Part shown: positions 51,947-64,000 of the stretch, piece by piece
How positions within the stretch are numbered: the stretch's first letter is position 1
Layout of the letters: each line of letters begins with the position of its first letter
Source of the DNA: Paragordius varius
Lineage: Eukaryota; Animalia; Nematomorpha
Length of the DNA stretch: 64,000 nucleotides
Direction of reading: 5' to 3'
NCBI GenBank assembly: GCA_964247055.1
Contig: OZ176054.1
Span: 3,844,001 to 3,908,000 of the forward strand
Made by a program: the position numbers and the translations under genes
The notes under the pieces: generated by a model
The model's database searches: none
Seen by the model: the letters and a program-made list of their open reading frames with translations, nothing else
Told to the model about the DNA's origin: nothing

Positions 51947-54900
51947 ACAATTTTTTTTAGATTTCAAACATAAGACCGTAAAATCTACTATTAATTTAAA
52001 CAATTTTTGCTAGTTCGTTGCCCAAATTTGGAGAGTCTTGTTAAGAAAAGTTATTTAAGAAAATCTTTTTTACAAGTTTGTAAAATTGTATATTCAAAAT
52101 TTCTCGTGCGGGTTAAAATATTTTGGAGGGGCCTATAGTGAACACACCCCTCTTCTAAACCAAAATAATTTTAAAATGCTTAAATTGTAAACTGACATAC
52201 ATTAACCATTTTTGCTAACATATTCTTAATCCATTTTTAGGATTTAACATTTTAGTTTTTTGTTTAAATATTTTGCTAACATATAAATATGTTGATAGGT
52301 GTTTTGAAATTATATCTACGTGAGTTACCAGAACCCCTATTAACGTACAAATTATATCATGAATGGTCAGATGCGGCAAAAATGCCTGAACAATTAACTC
52401 AAAGTGAAGATTTTACATCGGATAATATTGATAAAAATAATTCTCATGAACAACAAAACAATTCAGATGCTGATTACGAACTTTTGGAGAAAAAAATCTT
52501 ACAATTTAGCAAGTTACTTAAACGCCTCCCAAGACCAAACTATAATAATTTAAAGTTAAATTTTATGTACATTAAAATATCTTTAGACATCTATTGAGCT
52601 TCTTTTCAACACTGAATAAACATTCAAACCGAAATTTGATGACCGCTAAAAATTTGGCAATAGTTTTAGGACCTAATCTTTTATGGAGGCATGGAGATTT
52701 AGGGTATTATTTTTTATCAGTCCTTAAATATGGTTATAATTCCACTTTAATATTTCTTTATTTTCATTCAACCTCGTTTTCCTAAGCTAAATATGATCTT
52801 TAGCTTTTGTTACATTGTTGCTTTAATCTTGGTTAGTAATAACTCCTAATTTTGAAATTCAGATAAAATAAATCGAGAGTGAAACACCAAAATTTTAACA
52901 TTACAATATTATTACCAAATAATAAAATACCCGAAATTTAAAATATAAATTTAACCTGTTATACTTATTTTTCATATCCTCCGAACATTTGCTACATTAT
53001 ATATAAAAAATTTGTAAATTGGTATAATGTCATTATTTATTTTTGATTTCAGCTTAATTTAGATTAAATTAACTTTTTAACAATTCTATCACGTCCTTTA
53101 TTTTTTAATCTTCCAAGAGATATGGCTCCTACGGGATCTATTTTTTGGTCTTAAGTCAATATTATTAAAAATAACGTTCCACTTTTAATGGTTTGGTTTC
53201 CTTAGAATTTTTTTTAAATTATGATGAGTTATTTTTAAGTTTGCACTTATATGCCGTTTATTACGCATTTATGAGCCATCAGATCGATTGTTTTTTTATA
53301 AACCCCAAACTAATATATATTATAAATAATGCGTTTTGGTTGGCATTTTACCAATATTACATATATTTTTAATGTTTAGAATGGAGTTGTCAAATACGTC
53401 TGTTCAAAATTCCGTGATCGAATTCTTAATCACACACTACGATAGACTATTTGACGGTAATCCCTTTTTGTTTAAATCCTTTATACTTTCTATAAGAAAT
53501 CATACGAAGGACACTAAATATTCATTTTTATACCATAAACTCTTATTCATTTTTTATGAATAGAAATCTAGCAAACATACATAAAATATCAAAAAAATTT
53601 GATGATCCCCTTATTTTTATATGCTCCTTATATAATTAAATAGATAAAAATAATGACCAGCAGAATCCACCCAATAGTACCATAAATAATGATCTCAAAC
53701 ACAATGATAAGGTATTAGCCAAAAATAGTGCATCTCAAAATGGAAACAAAACTCCCATTACCAATAAAACTTTTTGCTCAAGCAATTCCCCTTCCTCAAC
53801 CAATAACAACAACATTAAAAGGAAACCGCATGTTAAGCATCGCAAAAAATCTGTAACTGCGTCTTACCCTTGTGCGAAACCGCGTTCATTAGCCCTGATT
53901 ACAGTAATGATTGAAATTGTTTAAACTAACCTTGATAACATCGTTTGTTGCTAAATAAGGTGAAAATGTACATTGGTATACCTAATAAAATTGTAATTAT
54001 ATATAGTTTTTTATGTCTGTTTTTATAGTATGTAAAAATGTATTTGTCTGTCTCTGAGCCCTTGCGTTTTGACTTTTGCAATTTATTTTTTACTGTATTA
54101 ATCAGGATAATAATGATGCGTTAAATGATTTAACTAAATCATTGGATTTAACTTCATTGGAGGATTCATCTCATAAACCCTTAACAACAAGTGACTCAGA
54201 CCCGGTTAATGAAACAACTTCATTTTACGAAAAATTATCATCTGCGACAAATACTAAAATAAATTGTGCTCAAAGTTTAACGAATGTAAGCACATCAAGC
54301 CATCTACCAAGGCAGCTAAGCAAAAGTCAAGAGGATATATTTGAGACATGTGAAATTAATAAAAGTGAGTTTTCCCGATATTTAGTTGAATTTTAAACCC
54401 TGGATAGTATGAATAATTTAAGAATTTATTATAAAATTTTGACATTATCCAAATCTATATTATGGTAATAATTGGTAAAGTAGGGTGAATATTATATTGG
54501 TTATATTTTTGTAATGTGTACATACAATATCGTCATTAACGTTAATTAATAAAAGTTACAACTTTTATATATTTATTAACTATTTTCCTGTTTATTTTTA
54601 AATGCAAATTAGAAAACGATAATTCATGGCCTCTTTTGCAAGAAATGAACAGTATCCGAAAAAAGGAAAATAACAAAATATATGATAAGTAATTAATTCT
54701 ATTACCTGTTGAAATTGCGATTATGACTAGTTTTAAACGTTAAATTGTCTTAATTACTTTTAGGACCATGAAAAATTTAACATCCTATATGCTATTTTGT
54801 TACTAAAATATTTGCCTAAATTGGTTAATGGGTTTAATTTTGTTCTAGAATAACTTTAATTGAAAATTAAAAAATTGATCGTTTTCGCTTATAATATTAA

Positions 54901-56220
54901 ACTTTTTTGTGCGCTTTTTCCATGTTTTTTTTTTCATATAAATGTCTGAATGTAGAAAACAATTGATGAAAATTTACGGTTATATTTCACATAAAATTGT
55001 TATGGTAAAATTTCACATGCTTTTAGGGGAGGAAACTTTGATGCTAATTCAATAATCTCAACTAAATCTCAAAATCACACCACGCAACATCCACATTTTG
55101 TTTCTAAAATGGGTCCTTTATCATCATATAAATGTAATGTTTACATATTTTTTAAAAAATATTATACTTTGCACTTCAAGAGTGTTCTTGAACCCTTCAA
55201 GTTAATCCTTGATATTTCGAGTTGGTCCTTAAACACTTCGAGTTGTTACTTGAAATTTTTATTTGATTTAATCATAATGCTTTATTATTTTTTAACCTAA
55301 TTTTCTTTTATTATATATTTATTCATTAAAAAATAATTCTTTATTTAAAAACCACTTTAACTATTTTTTTCCAATTTAACAAAATTATTGCCTTATAAAT
55401 ATTTATCAATAAAAAATTGTAATTGATAACCCAGAAAACTTATATATTTTTTAGTTACGTCAAAATCTTCTGAAAATATATAATAAATTTTAGGAAATTA
55501 ATAAAGATAACGGTTTTTGAATAATTAGAAATTGATATCGAATAAAATTGTTAAATATAATAAGTTTAAAATGATAAAGTAGACGAATAATACACGATTT
55601 GATTGATAAAAGTCAAAAACAAATTAAAAAAGCTAACGAACCAACTTGAAGTGCTCAAAGACCTCTTGAAATGTTTAAGGACCAACTTGAAGTGCTCAAG
55701 GACACTCTTGAAGTGCAAATGGTTATATTTTTATGATAAAATCTTAGCTGCCACACACCGAGACGATGTGCATAACCCTTGTATACAATCTAATAATACC
55801 ACCTATAAAAAAATGACCGGTGAAAATTTTAACTTTTCCCAAACCAAAAAGAAAAATGGTAATAATGGAATAGTGTATATGGAAAAAAGTTTTGAACCAA
55901 TTCTTTCATCCACTACGTCTTCCTCAAATGATATATTCAATAAATTTTTAGTGAATATTATTAATCCTTGTGAAACCAATATTTGCAATCAACAACATAA
56001 TAAAAATGGTGGTGGTGGTAACATTGTTTGTCCCTTGGCCTCTGAAGAGAATTTCATGGATTTGGAATCAAGTAAATCTCTTTCAGATACCAGCAGTACC
56101 ACTTATAATTTTGTTAAAAAACAGCAAGCTCCAAAAGCTAAAAATAATGAAAGGATTAAGCCTTTATTACCACCACCTCCTAAAATACCCTTGTTCAATC
56201 CAACCAAAAATGATACTTAG
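47811..56220 (+). CDS. BAR-domain RhoGAP of the ARHGAP17/ARHGAP44 (RICH/Nadrin) family, multi-exon
   Basis: MKKQFIKVKHLADQTVGRVEKSEVLSED (47811-48029, 24-nt intron); BAR exons at ~48390, 49035-49253 and 50050-50515; KPAFGCPLEEY (~50720); GLFRMAG (~51250); VLKLYLRELPEPL (52300); NLMTAKNLAIVLGPNLLW (52630); Pro-rich tail ending with TAG at 56220. Confidence 0.92.
51908..51943. repeat. (TA)n microsatellite
   Basis: Direct reading. Confidence 0.95.
55168..55719. mobile_element. Unclassified MITE with tandem subterminal repeats in the last RhoGAP intron
   Basis: TTTGCACTTCAAGAGTG at 55168 mirrors CACTCTTGAAGTGCAAA ending at 55719. About 14-nt CTTCAAGTTGGTCC-like units repeat inside both ends. 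Confidence 0.7.
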
Positions 56221-57582
56221 CTTTTATCTATATTTGTGATATATTTTGTATATGTGTAATATATATATCTTGAATAAAAACTGGTGGATAATTAAATATT
56301 TTTTTATATATAAATTATTTTTACTCTCTATATTTATATGATGAAAATTTTTATCGAATCCCCCCACTGCTTTTGTAATTATATTGTACATACAAAGCAG
56401 CCTACTGTGATTATTGTAAAGTTTGTAATATATTATTTATTTATTAATTAATAAATATTTTAAGTTATATTTAAATTTATAAATTTCCAATCCACCATTT
56501 CCTAACCTCGTAGCAAGCCAGTCTTGAAAAATCGAGATCATCCAATAAGCTTGCCAAATTTTTTTATTAACTAATACTGACCAACATGGGAGAGTGCTGA
56601 AAATATAAAGAAACGACCTTATATTTCATTTGATAATTCGATTATTTAACATATTTATGTTTATTTTAAAGTATCCCAAAGATATTTTATTTTTCACAAA
56701 CTGGGCCCCTATAAATATATGAAAGAACATATTATATAATACAAACTTTAGAAAGTTATTTCTCTATTAAAAATCTCAAAATTTCTGTTTGTACCAAACA
56801 TGAGAATTGGCCCAAAAACTTTTTGCTCACTTATTGTATATTATCTATCCTCCACATAATTTATCCAATTACTTTTTGTATTAATATTAAAAAGTCGATT
56901 ATAAAGTGATGGATATTTCAAAAGCAAATAAACTTAAATAATCGATTCAATTTTTTTTCATATACTTTTAAATCATATAATATATAAATTTGAGAGGTGG
57001 CAATAACCTTCCGTAATCCGATCTGAAAAACAGACTTTTTTGTAGAATCTTAGGATGTCACTCCAACAAATACTGTTATCACATTTTAATCATGTTTTAT
57101 AAAAAATAAACTTTTTTAAGAAAACAAGCTTAGTTGGTCCTTTCAACATATATTTATTTCGTATTTCTATGTCAAGTCTAAATTTCGCCGCTATGTTATG
57201 TTTATGGTGAAGTAAGTTTTTTCAAAGAACAAATAATACTTTTTGGCATTAATACAAAAAGCTAATGTTTAGTTTTACCTTTTTGGTTAAATTTAATTTA
57301 AAAAAATAATTTGTATCGTAAATATTTGTGTTTATTACTTTCATTTGTTATAACATAAGATGCCTTAAACACTTGAAACACTATTTTCTTTATGTAAAAT
57401 AATCTCTATGTTTATGATAATAAAATATAATCAAAATACATGTAATTAAATATGTAGTAATTTGTTAACCTTAAACCGTATTCCTTCGCCCTATAACACA
57501 CATATTACGATATTTATAAATATTAATTATTCACCCATATATATTTTTCCATACGAATAATCCATATATCATAATTGTTATA

Positions 57583-57757
57583 ATGTTAATTTTGGATCAA
57601 TATGATATTTCCGAGCAAACTGGATTTGCTCTTGAAGAACCTTATCGTCAAATACCAGATCAAAGTTGGCAAAAAATCGTTTCAGATTTGCCCTACCTTG
57701 TTTCTCACAATCAACTTACCGCATGTGTGGAGAAGGTAATAGTTTTTAGAAAATAAT

Positions 57758-57795
<38 letters not shown>

Positions 57796-59358
57796 AAAAT
57801 AATTTAATTTTTTTGTTAAAAGTTATATATATGTATATAAATTTTCAGGAATGTTTACATATTACAATTTTTTCAGATGCCCATTTTTGATTTGAGATCT
57901 CTGAGTTGTCATAAAGATGTGGTTTTGGCTCATGTTATGTTTTCTACAATCGCTCAGGGATACGTATGTGAACAATTGAAGAAAACAAATAACTGCGTAT
58001 GTAATTTGTGTTTTATTTTTGCAAAAATTTTACACATCATATCTGAAACGAAACCTATAAAATTTCAAACCAATGAGCAATTTTAAGATCAAAGGGTTTA
58101 AATTTTTGTTGGGTCGCATAAAAAGCGACTTTTTAGGGTTATTGAGAAATTGATTCACGGGAGTGAAGATTGAAAGGTGATAACGTTTTTTATATTTTTC
58201 TACATTTGAGGGAGGTTCTACTATGGGGCAAGGTGTTTTTGACAGATTTGGGTCGTCTAATAACGGTAACAATGCATTTTCTTGATTATAAATGCTAATA
58301 TTTTGTTGTAGCTTATGTAAGGAGTCGCTATACTATGATTAAAATGGTTAACTTAATGATATTTTTATTATAGTTTTAAAGATTGACTGATTTCAAGAGA
58401 TGTTATTATATAAAAATATTTTGAATATACTTGCTTAAAATTGCCGAATCAATTGATTATTATTCAACCCTCTTTGCTCAAAAATATAAACAATCAAAAG
58501 AAAAGTTAAGAACGTGATATGGAAGACCCTTTATCATATAAATATTTAAAGATTAAACTGTTTAGCGATAACGATTATTTCAATCTTAATACTTAGTTGT
58601 CTAATTTTAAATGGCTATTTCCGTCATTGAAAAATATTTTCCGAAAAATCGGTTACTTTGATATATGTAAATTGAATTTTCCTTATCTAAGGGTTTGGGC
58701 CAAACGATATTTTATCGCTTATAAAATTTTATATTCAAAAATTTCTAAGGTATCAAATATAATAATTAATTAAAAAATTGAAATAATTGGTTTTAGAATT
58801 AATTTAATTATCATTATATACAATCCATTGGATTGAAGGAATGGCTTAAAAAAAGATATTTTTTATTAAGTGTGGTTTGACCTCATGTTTGTATTTAATT
58901 TTTCTAATATAAAAAAGTTTATATGTGTTACCATAGATTTCTCTAAAAATTTCCAGCCAATGCCCTGTCCGAAATAGCTTAGTTTCGGTTTTACTATGTT
59001 AGATGCGTAAATTTTCTCGTTTAAACATGTCAATATCTAGTGTAAAAATAAAAATATCATAGAGATAGTATGAAATACTTAGTTTACAAAGTAGTTAAGA
59101 ATAATATAAGATATTTGAAATTCAACATGAATATAAAATGTTTAAACGAAATCGTGGTCGATACTATTGTTTTGCAATGAGGAATAGTAATTAAACAGAT
59201 TTTTGTTTGATAAAATTAATAATGATAAATAATATTGACATATCAATAAATGTGAGTCCTTTCTCTAGTTTTTTAAAACGGCTATTGCAGTATCATTAGT
59301 CTAAACCTGTGTGTTCCCCCACTCTAATTCCTGGTAAATATTTAATATAAGTTAAATG

Positions 59359-59400
<42 letters not shown>

Positions 59401-60844
59401 AGGGCTTTGAGTAGTAAGTTATAAATTTAAATTACCCTGAATCCCACTTTCAAATTGTATTTACGTTAAAATAAACAGTGTTAAAAATTAAATATGCCCC
59501 CTCTGTGGGTGTAGCGATGGAAAATTTGATTTGGGGTGAATGGACGATGGATTAAGCGATCATTGTAAAACCTAAGGGCTTTTCATAGAATAGTGTCTTG
59601 AACGAATCCTAAAGTTATTTTTTAAAAAAATTAGATTTTGTAACGGATGATATATTTTCGTTATTTATTGTTTCTCATTAATTTTTCTTTTAATGGTATT
59701 TTCAACCCTTTTTAATTCTATTAAACTACATTTATTGGTGCAATACGTATAATAAATTATAAATTAAATGATTTATTAGCATTGTTATTAAAGGGCGGCT
59801 GCCTTTAATATATTTGGGAATATTATAAAAATTCTGTTTTATATTACAGTATATTCCCAAAGTACTTTCCTTACCACTCTACAATGTGTCATCCTTTTTA
59901 TCAGTGCCGCCAATAATGTCTTATGCCGATAGTTGTTTGTACAATTATAGGTAATGATGTAAAAAATTGTAGATTAATCATGTCTGATAAAGGGTTAACA
60001 TTGGATAATTTGGATTTGATTGTAAAGTTATCGGACACTCAAGATTATAAAATGTTTTTCTTGATAAGTTTAAACACAGAAATTATATTTGCGAAATGTA
60101 TCAAGGTATATTAAATTTTTTATATAGTCATTTTTAACCATAAAACAATATCTCAATGATCCATGCGACACAAGTATCTTAAACGAAAATTTGCAAATTT
60201 TGCATCAAACTTTAATACAAATGAAACAATCGATCGAGTTAATATACAAAAAAGTGAACCCCTCTGAATTTTTTACCAGTATTAGGCCATTTATGATGGG
60301 GTAACGAAAAAATATAATTTTAGATGGGGACTATCATCCAACTCAGAAATATTTTTGGAGGGCATTTCACAGGAATCTTACAAATTGTATGGGCCAAGTG
60401 CAGTGGAATCTAGCATTTTGCCAGCTTTTGACACATTACTTGGCGTTAAACATCAAGGTCAGTAAAAATATATTTTTAGCAAAAGGAACTTATATGCACA
60501 AAGTGATGGAATACATGCCATTAGGTCATCGACAATTTTTGAACGATTTATCATTGGAGCCAAACTTAAAACAATACAGTATATATACAATTATATTACA
60601 GTTGAAAAAAATAGAAACGATCATTTTTTGACCGACAACTATAACAAAGTTGTTGATGCATTAATTGATTTTCGGAAAACTCATAGTGGTTTAGCCCTAC
60701 ATTATATAGTCAATCCATCAAAAAAAAGCTTATCACCTGTAATAGGCACAGCAGGAAGCGGTAAATTATTTATTATTTTTAACTATAGATGTGTTACCAT
60801 TTTTACGCGAAATTATTACCGATACAAAACTCATTAAAATATGA
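57583..60844 (+). CDS. IDO: Indoleamine 2,3-dioxygenase (heme)
   Basis: Exons 57583-57735 and 57877-57996, then 59850-60844 with six 21-28-nt introns. Motifs: SEQTGFALEEP, PPIMSYAD, FFLISLNTE, VNPSEFFTSIRPFMMGW, FDTLLGVKH, YMPLGHRQFL, FRKTH (proximal His), IGTAGS. Confidence 0.93.
57761..57793. repeat. (TA)n microsatellite
   Basis: Direct reading; IDO intron 1. Confidence 0.95.
59360..59396. repeat. (TA)n microsatellite
   Basis: Direct reading; IDO intron 2. Confidence 0.95.
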
Positions 60845-60860
60845 TGCACGCATAATACAT

Positions 60861-61511
60861 ATGCTCACTATATTGATATTGAATTTATTTATACCATTAA
60901 CTTTTGGTAACATTTATGATTTGTGTATCCACACACAAGCTCTACACCCACATAGTTTAGCTAAACTTAAATTATCGCAAAATTATGATTGGAATTCTGT
61001 GGATAGTCAATTTATCATACCAACCTCAAATCCAGGAAATCTAATTAGTTATACACATCAGGAGAATGCGCTTTCTCCTAAGATCTGGAAGTTTTTGGAA
61101 AGAAAATGCACTGAGAATGAAAATATTTTTGTAAGTTTGTACGATGAAAAACATATTTCAAATATTCAAACATTCGTGAAAAGTTGTGCTTTATTGAAAT
61201 CCAAATTTAACATATCATTAATTATTCATCTGAACGTTCAAGATTTTTCCGTCCAGTCCATTAATATTTTAACCTTTTCCTCGCAAGATGTAAATCCTAA
61301 CACGCCAAACATTACCATATACATTCAAAAATCTGCTTTAATGGCATCACCGGACACTTTTACCTGGGTTCAACGTATAGAACATGATAAACTTGAAAAT
61401 GCTAAAAAGATGCAAAACGATAAAACATCATTTCTTTCAAAATATTGGATATACATATTAATTTTTGTTGTGTTTTTATTTATATCGAATTCATTAAATC
61501 CCGAAAGTTAG
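60861..61511 (+). CDS. EMC10: ER membrane protein complex subunit 10 (intronless)
   Basis: Signal-peptide-like MLTILILNLFIPLTFG; C-terminal PDTFTWVQRIEHDK...KTSFLSKYWIYILIFVVFLFI matches the EMC10 PDT..F/SFF.KYW.YI plus TM signature. Confidence 0.85.
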   Translation: MLTILILNLFIPLTFGNIYDLCIHTQALHPHSLAKLKLSQNYDWNSVDSQFIIPTSNPGNLISYTHQENALSPKIWKFLERKCTENENIFVSLYDEKHISNIQTFVKSCALLKSKFNISLIIHLNVQDFSVQSINILTFSSQDVNPNTPNITIYIQKSALMASPDTFTWVQRIEHDKLENAKKMQNDKTSFLSKYWIYILIFVVFLFISNSLNPES

Positions 61512-64000
61512 AATCTTTTCCTTACTTTTTGTAGAAACCGTGGAAAAATAATTTGCTAACTCTATTATTTATAAATTGCAGAGCCGCAGCGGTTTTTATA
61601 TTTAATTTTTTCCAGTTTTACGATTTTATCTGTGTCAAAAGCTTCTACTTATTATTCCTTATAAGTTTAAAATAAATCTGATTTCGATCACGCCATATAT
61701 CGGCTTTGGCTCTTTACAAAAGCTAAATTAATAAATTATTAATATATTCAAAAAAAAAATTGCGTATTTTAAACTTTAAAGTATACTGCACTTAACATTA
61801 AACCGGTAATTTTTTTATGGGATATATTATAAATTTTAATAGTATGATAATTTTTTCAGTCAGTTAACCAACTACTGAGGTAAGCCGTTTCAAAAATATT
61901 CCTTTTTTGAAAGAAAAAAAAAGACCTTGTGTCATATAAAATATTTAAAAATTTAAATCCCTATCTAAAACAACATTGGTTAAAGATTATGACAATTTAA
62001 ATTTATTTGGTAATATGACTGCTGTAAAATTAGAAACCATTCATTTGAAGGGTCTAAACGTTTGGAACTTTCGGTAATTATATAATGTAACCTGCGCAAG
62101 AGTATTGTATCTTCTATTTGGACCAAAAAATTATATTAAACTGACAAATTCAAAGGTCCTTATCATTCACAAAACCCGCGTTGTTTTCAATTAAATCATT
62201 ATTTAAAAGTTTTCTGGAAAAGCCGAATTGCCTTCTAAAACGACAATCCTTGAGTTTGGATAGAGGCATTTAAAAAATTAAGTAGGGTTCAAACCCGAAT
62301 TCGGCTCCTAAAATTTTACCAGGAACCGGCTCCGTTGGGTTAAAACCAACCTGATTCCTGTTTTCAGGCTCAAGAACCTGACTCCAATTCCAAAATTTTC
62401 GGAACCGCTTTTAGACTTCTGTTTTAACCGTACATGAACCATGGGTTAGATTCATTTAAATAGTGGTTATATTTAAAAAAATAAAGATTAAGAGAAAAAA
62501 GTTTATTTATTTATTTTTGACTTGGTTATTAAAGAGGGGAACAATACATCAAAAATGTTGACTATGCCGCTTATTTAGACGCGTGATATGAATTAAGTTT
62601 TAAGGAAAAAACATGGCTCGAAACCATTAGATGCTGTGCAAACACATTGATAAATGAGATGTTATTACTGTAAGTAAGGATATAACAAACGATTTTTAAG
62701 TTAATCTCCTTCAAAAAATATATGATAATAGTCTAGATTAAAGACACCATCTATAATTTGATAAAGAGACCTTTGTTCCACAGTCAGCCAATAAAATGGA
62801 AATGTAGGGAAATATACAAACTATTTACCTTGTTTAGAATCAGCTAACATTAGAATGGTTGAGCTTACCAGTAACTCGAATTTTTTTAATATATAAATTA
62901 GGGATCTGAACAAACCCTTTTAAGATAAATAGATTGACCAGGGGATTGTTAATGCAATAATATTTTTGAAACTCAATATTTATAAAGGGTTTATTAATTG
63001 AAATAACCTGATTTGCCTTTGCACTTTTTTATATATATTTTCCAATATATGTTTGATAATTAAAATTTGGATTACTTTAATAAAAATGTTTTATGAATTT
63101 TTTTTATGAAAAGCCAGGAACCAACATAGAAACCGGATTTAAATGTTAATCGAGTCGGAAACCAGTAAACTTTCAATTTACGGGCTTAGAAACCAGCCTT
63201 TCGGTTTCATTTTTTAGGAACAACCCCGGTGTCATTCAATTTTTAAAATAAACTTAGCTCAGCTTCCAACTGTACCAGCACCACCCTTGTTACGATTCCA
63301 CTTTTTTAAATGGGTTAAACTTAAAGTAAATAAAACGCTTAATTTTAATGAGTCATCTCCTTTTATTTTATACTTTTATGCTATGCATTCATAACAAGCA
63401 ATTTTAAGACGTCCATATCGTTATAATTCCTGATATATTTGAAAGATAAATTTTTTCAAAAACGTTTATTATTTTAGTTTTATATGTATTACCTTTATGT
63501 AAACACATTTTCGATTACATTAAATAATAGTATGAAATAAATTTCTGTAATAATTAATCTACTCACAAAAACGTTTGAGTATAAATATCTTTTATAAGTC
63601 CCATTCTCAAAACAATGTTAAATATCTTTGCAAACACTGTAATCAATAATTTAAATGTAATAATACTTGAGTTAAAATTTAAGGATTCTATACGGGAAGG
63701 TAAATACAAGAATTAATTTAGCTAACGTATGAATATATTATATTTGAGGTTTAAATAAAATTATTTGCAATAATAATTTACTATTAAAAATTAGCGTTTA
63801 ATCAGGTTACAAACTCAATATAATTTATTTATTAATTTTTGACTCCAATCGCAGTTAACACATCAAATATTCTCATTTAAACCTAAATTTGGGGTATTAA
63901 AATATTCATATATTTTATAATAATTGTATCTATATTTATTTGATGCTAACATAATTACAAACATTTATTTTTTCTTAAACATAGTTATTTTTTTCTCGAG

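Noticed and set aside
57583-60844. IDO as a horizontal transfer from bacteria or fungi
   Set aside because: Several intron positions match those I recall for animal IDO1 (after VEK, after IK, within SG-W). Composition matches the host and nothing points to transfer.
62280-63240. AACC(G/A)G-rich patches resembling hAT subterminal repeats
   Set aside because: I could not define TIRs, a TSD or coding remnants, so it is too degenerate to call.
1-64000. Alternative genetic code
   Set aside because: Conserved genes translate cleanly in the standard code and end in TAA, TAG or TGA. In-frame stops are explained by tiny introns, TE decay or the single RhoGDI frameshift.
1-64000. tRNA, rRNA or spliceosomal snRNA genes
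   Set aside because: No cloverleaf, T-loop context or conserved rRNA/snRNA sequence recognised by eye; tRNAscan-SE or Infernal would be needed to exclude divergent ones.

Overview
Very AT-rich eukaryotic (animal-type) nuclear DNA read in the standard genetic code; it is not prokaryotic, and I found no CRISPR, tRNA or rRNA. Tightly packed islands of spliced housekeeping genes alternate with transposon-rich stretches. Genes rebuilt by manual splicing: PIGQ (partial, -), RPL35 (+), METAP1 (+), RFK (-), RPL13A (+), UPF3 (-), RhoGDI (+, one apparent frameshift), STEEP1/CXorf56 (-), an orphan S/N/K-rich gene (+), a divergent Shroom/ASD2-like gene (+), an ARHGAP17/44-like BAR-RhoGAP (+), an indoleamine 2,3-dioxygenase (+) and EMC10 (+). 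Many introns are only 20-33 nt, while the rest are TE-filled and hundreds of bases to about 2 kb long. This suggests a genome-reduced metazoan parasite such as a myxozoan (inference only). Mobile DNA includes 9 copies or fragments of a TTAA-flanked piggyBac-like MITE, three hAT-family relics, a long foldback family with nested insertions and a decayed RTE LINE. Highlights: a Penelope-type hammerhead ribozyme core inside a ~265-bp hairpin, a U34/SNORD34-like snoRNA in an RPL13A intron, IDO and EMC10 separated by only 16 bp on the same strand, and head-to-head gene pairs about 50-65 bp apart.
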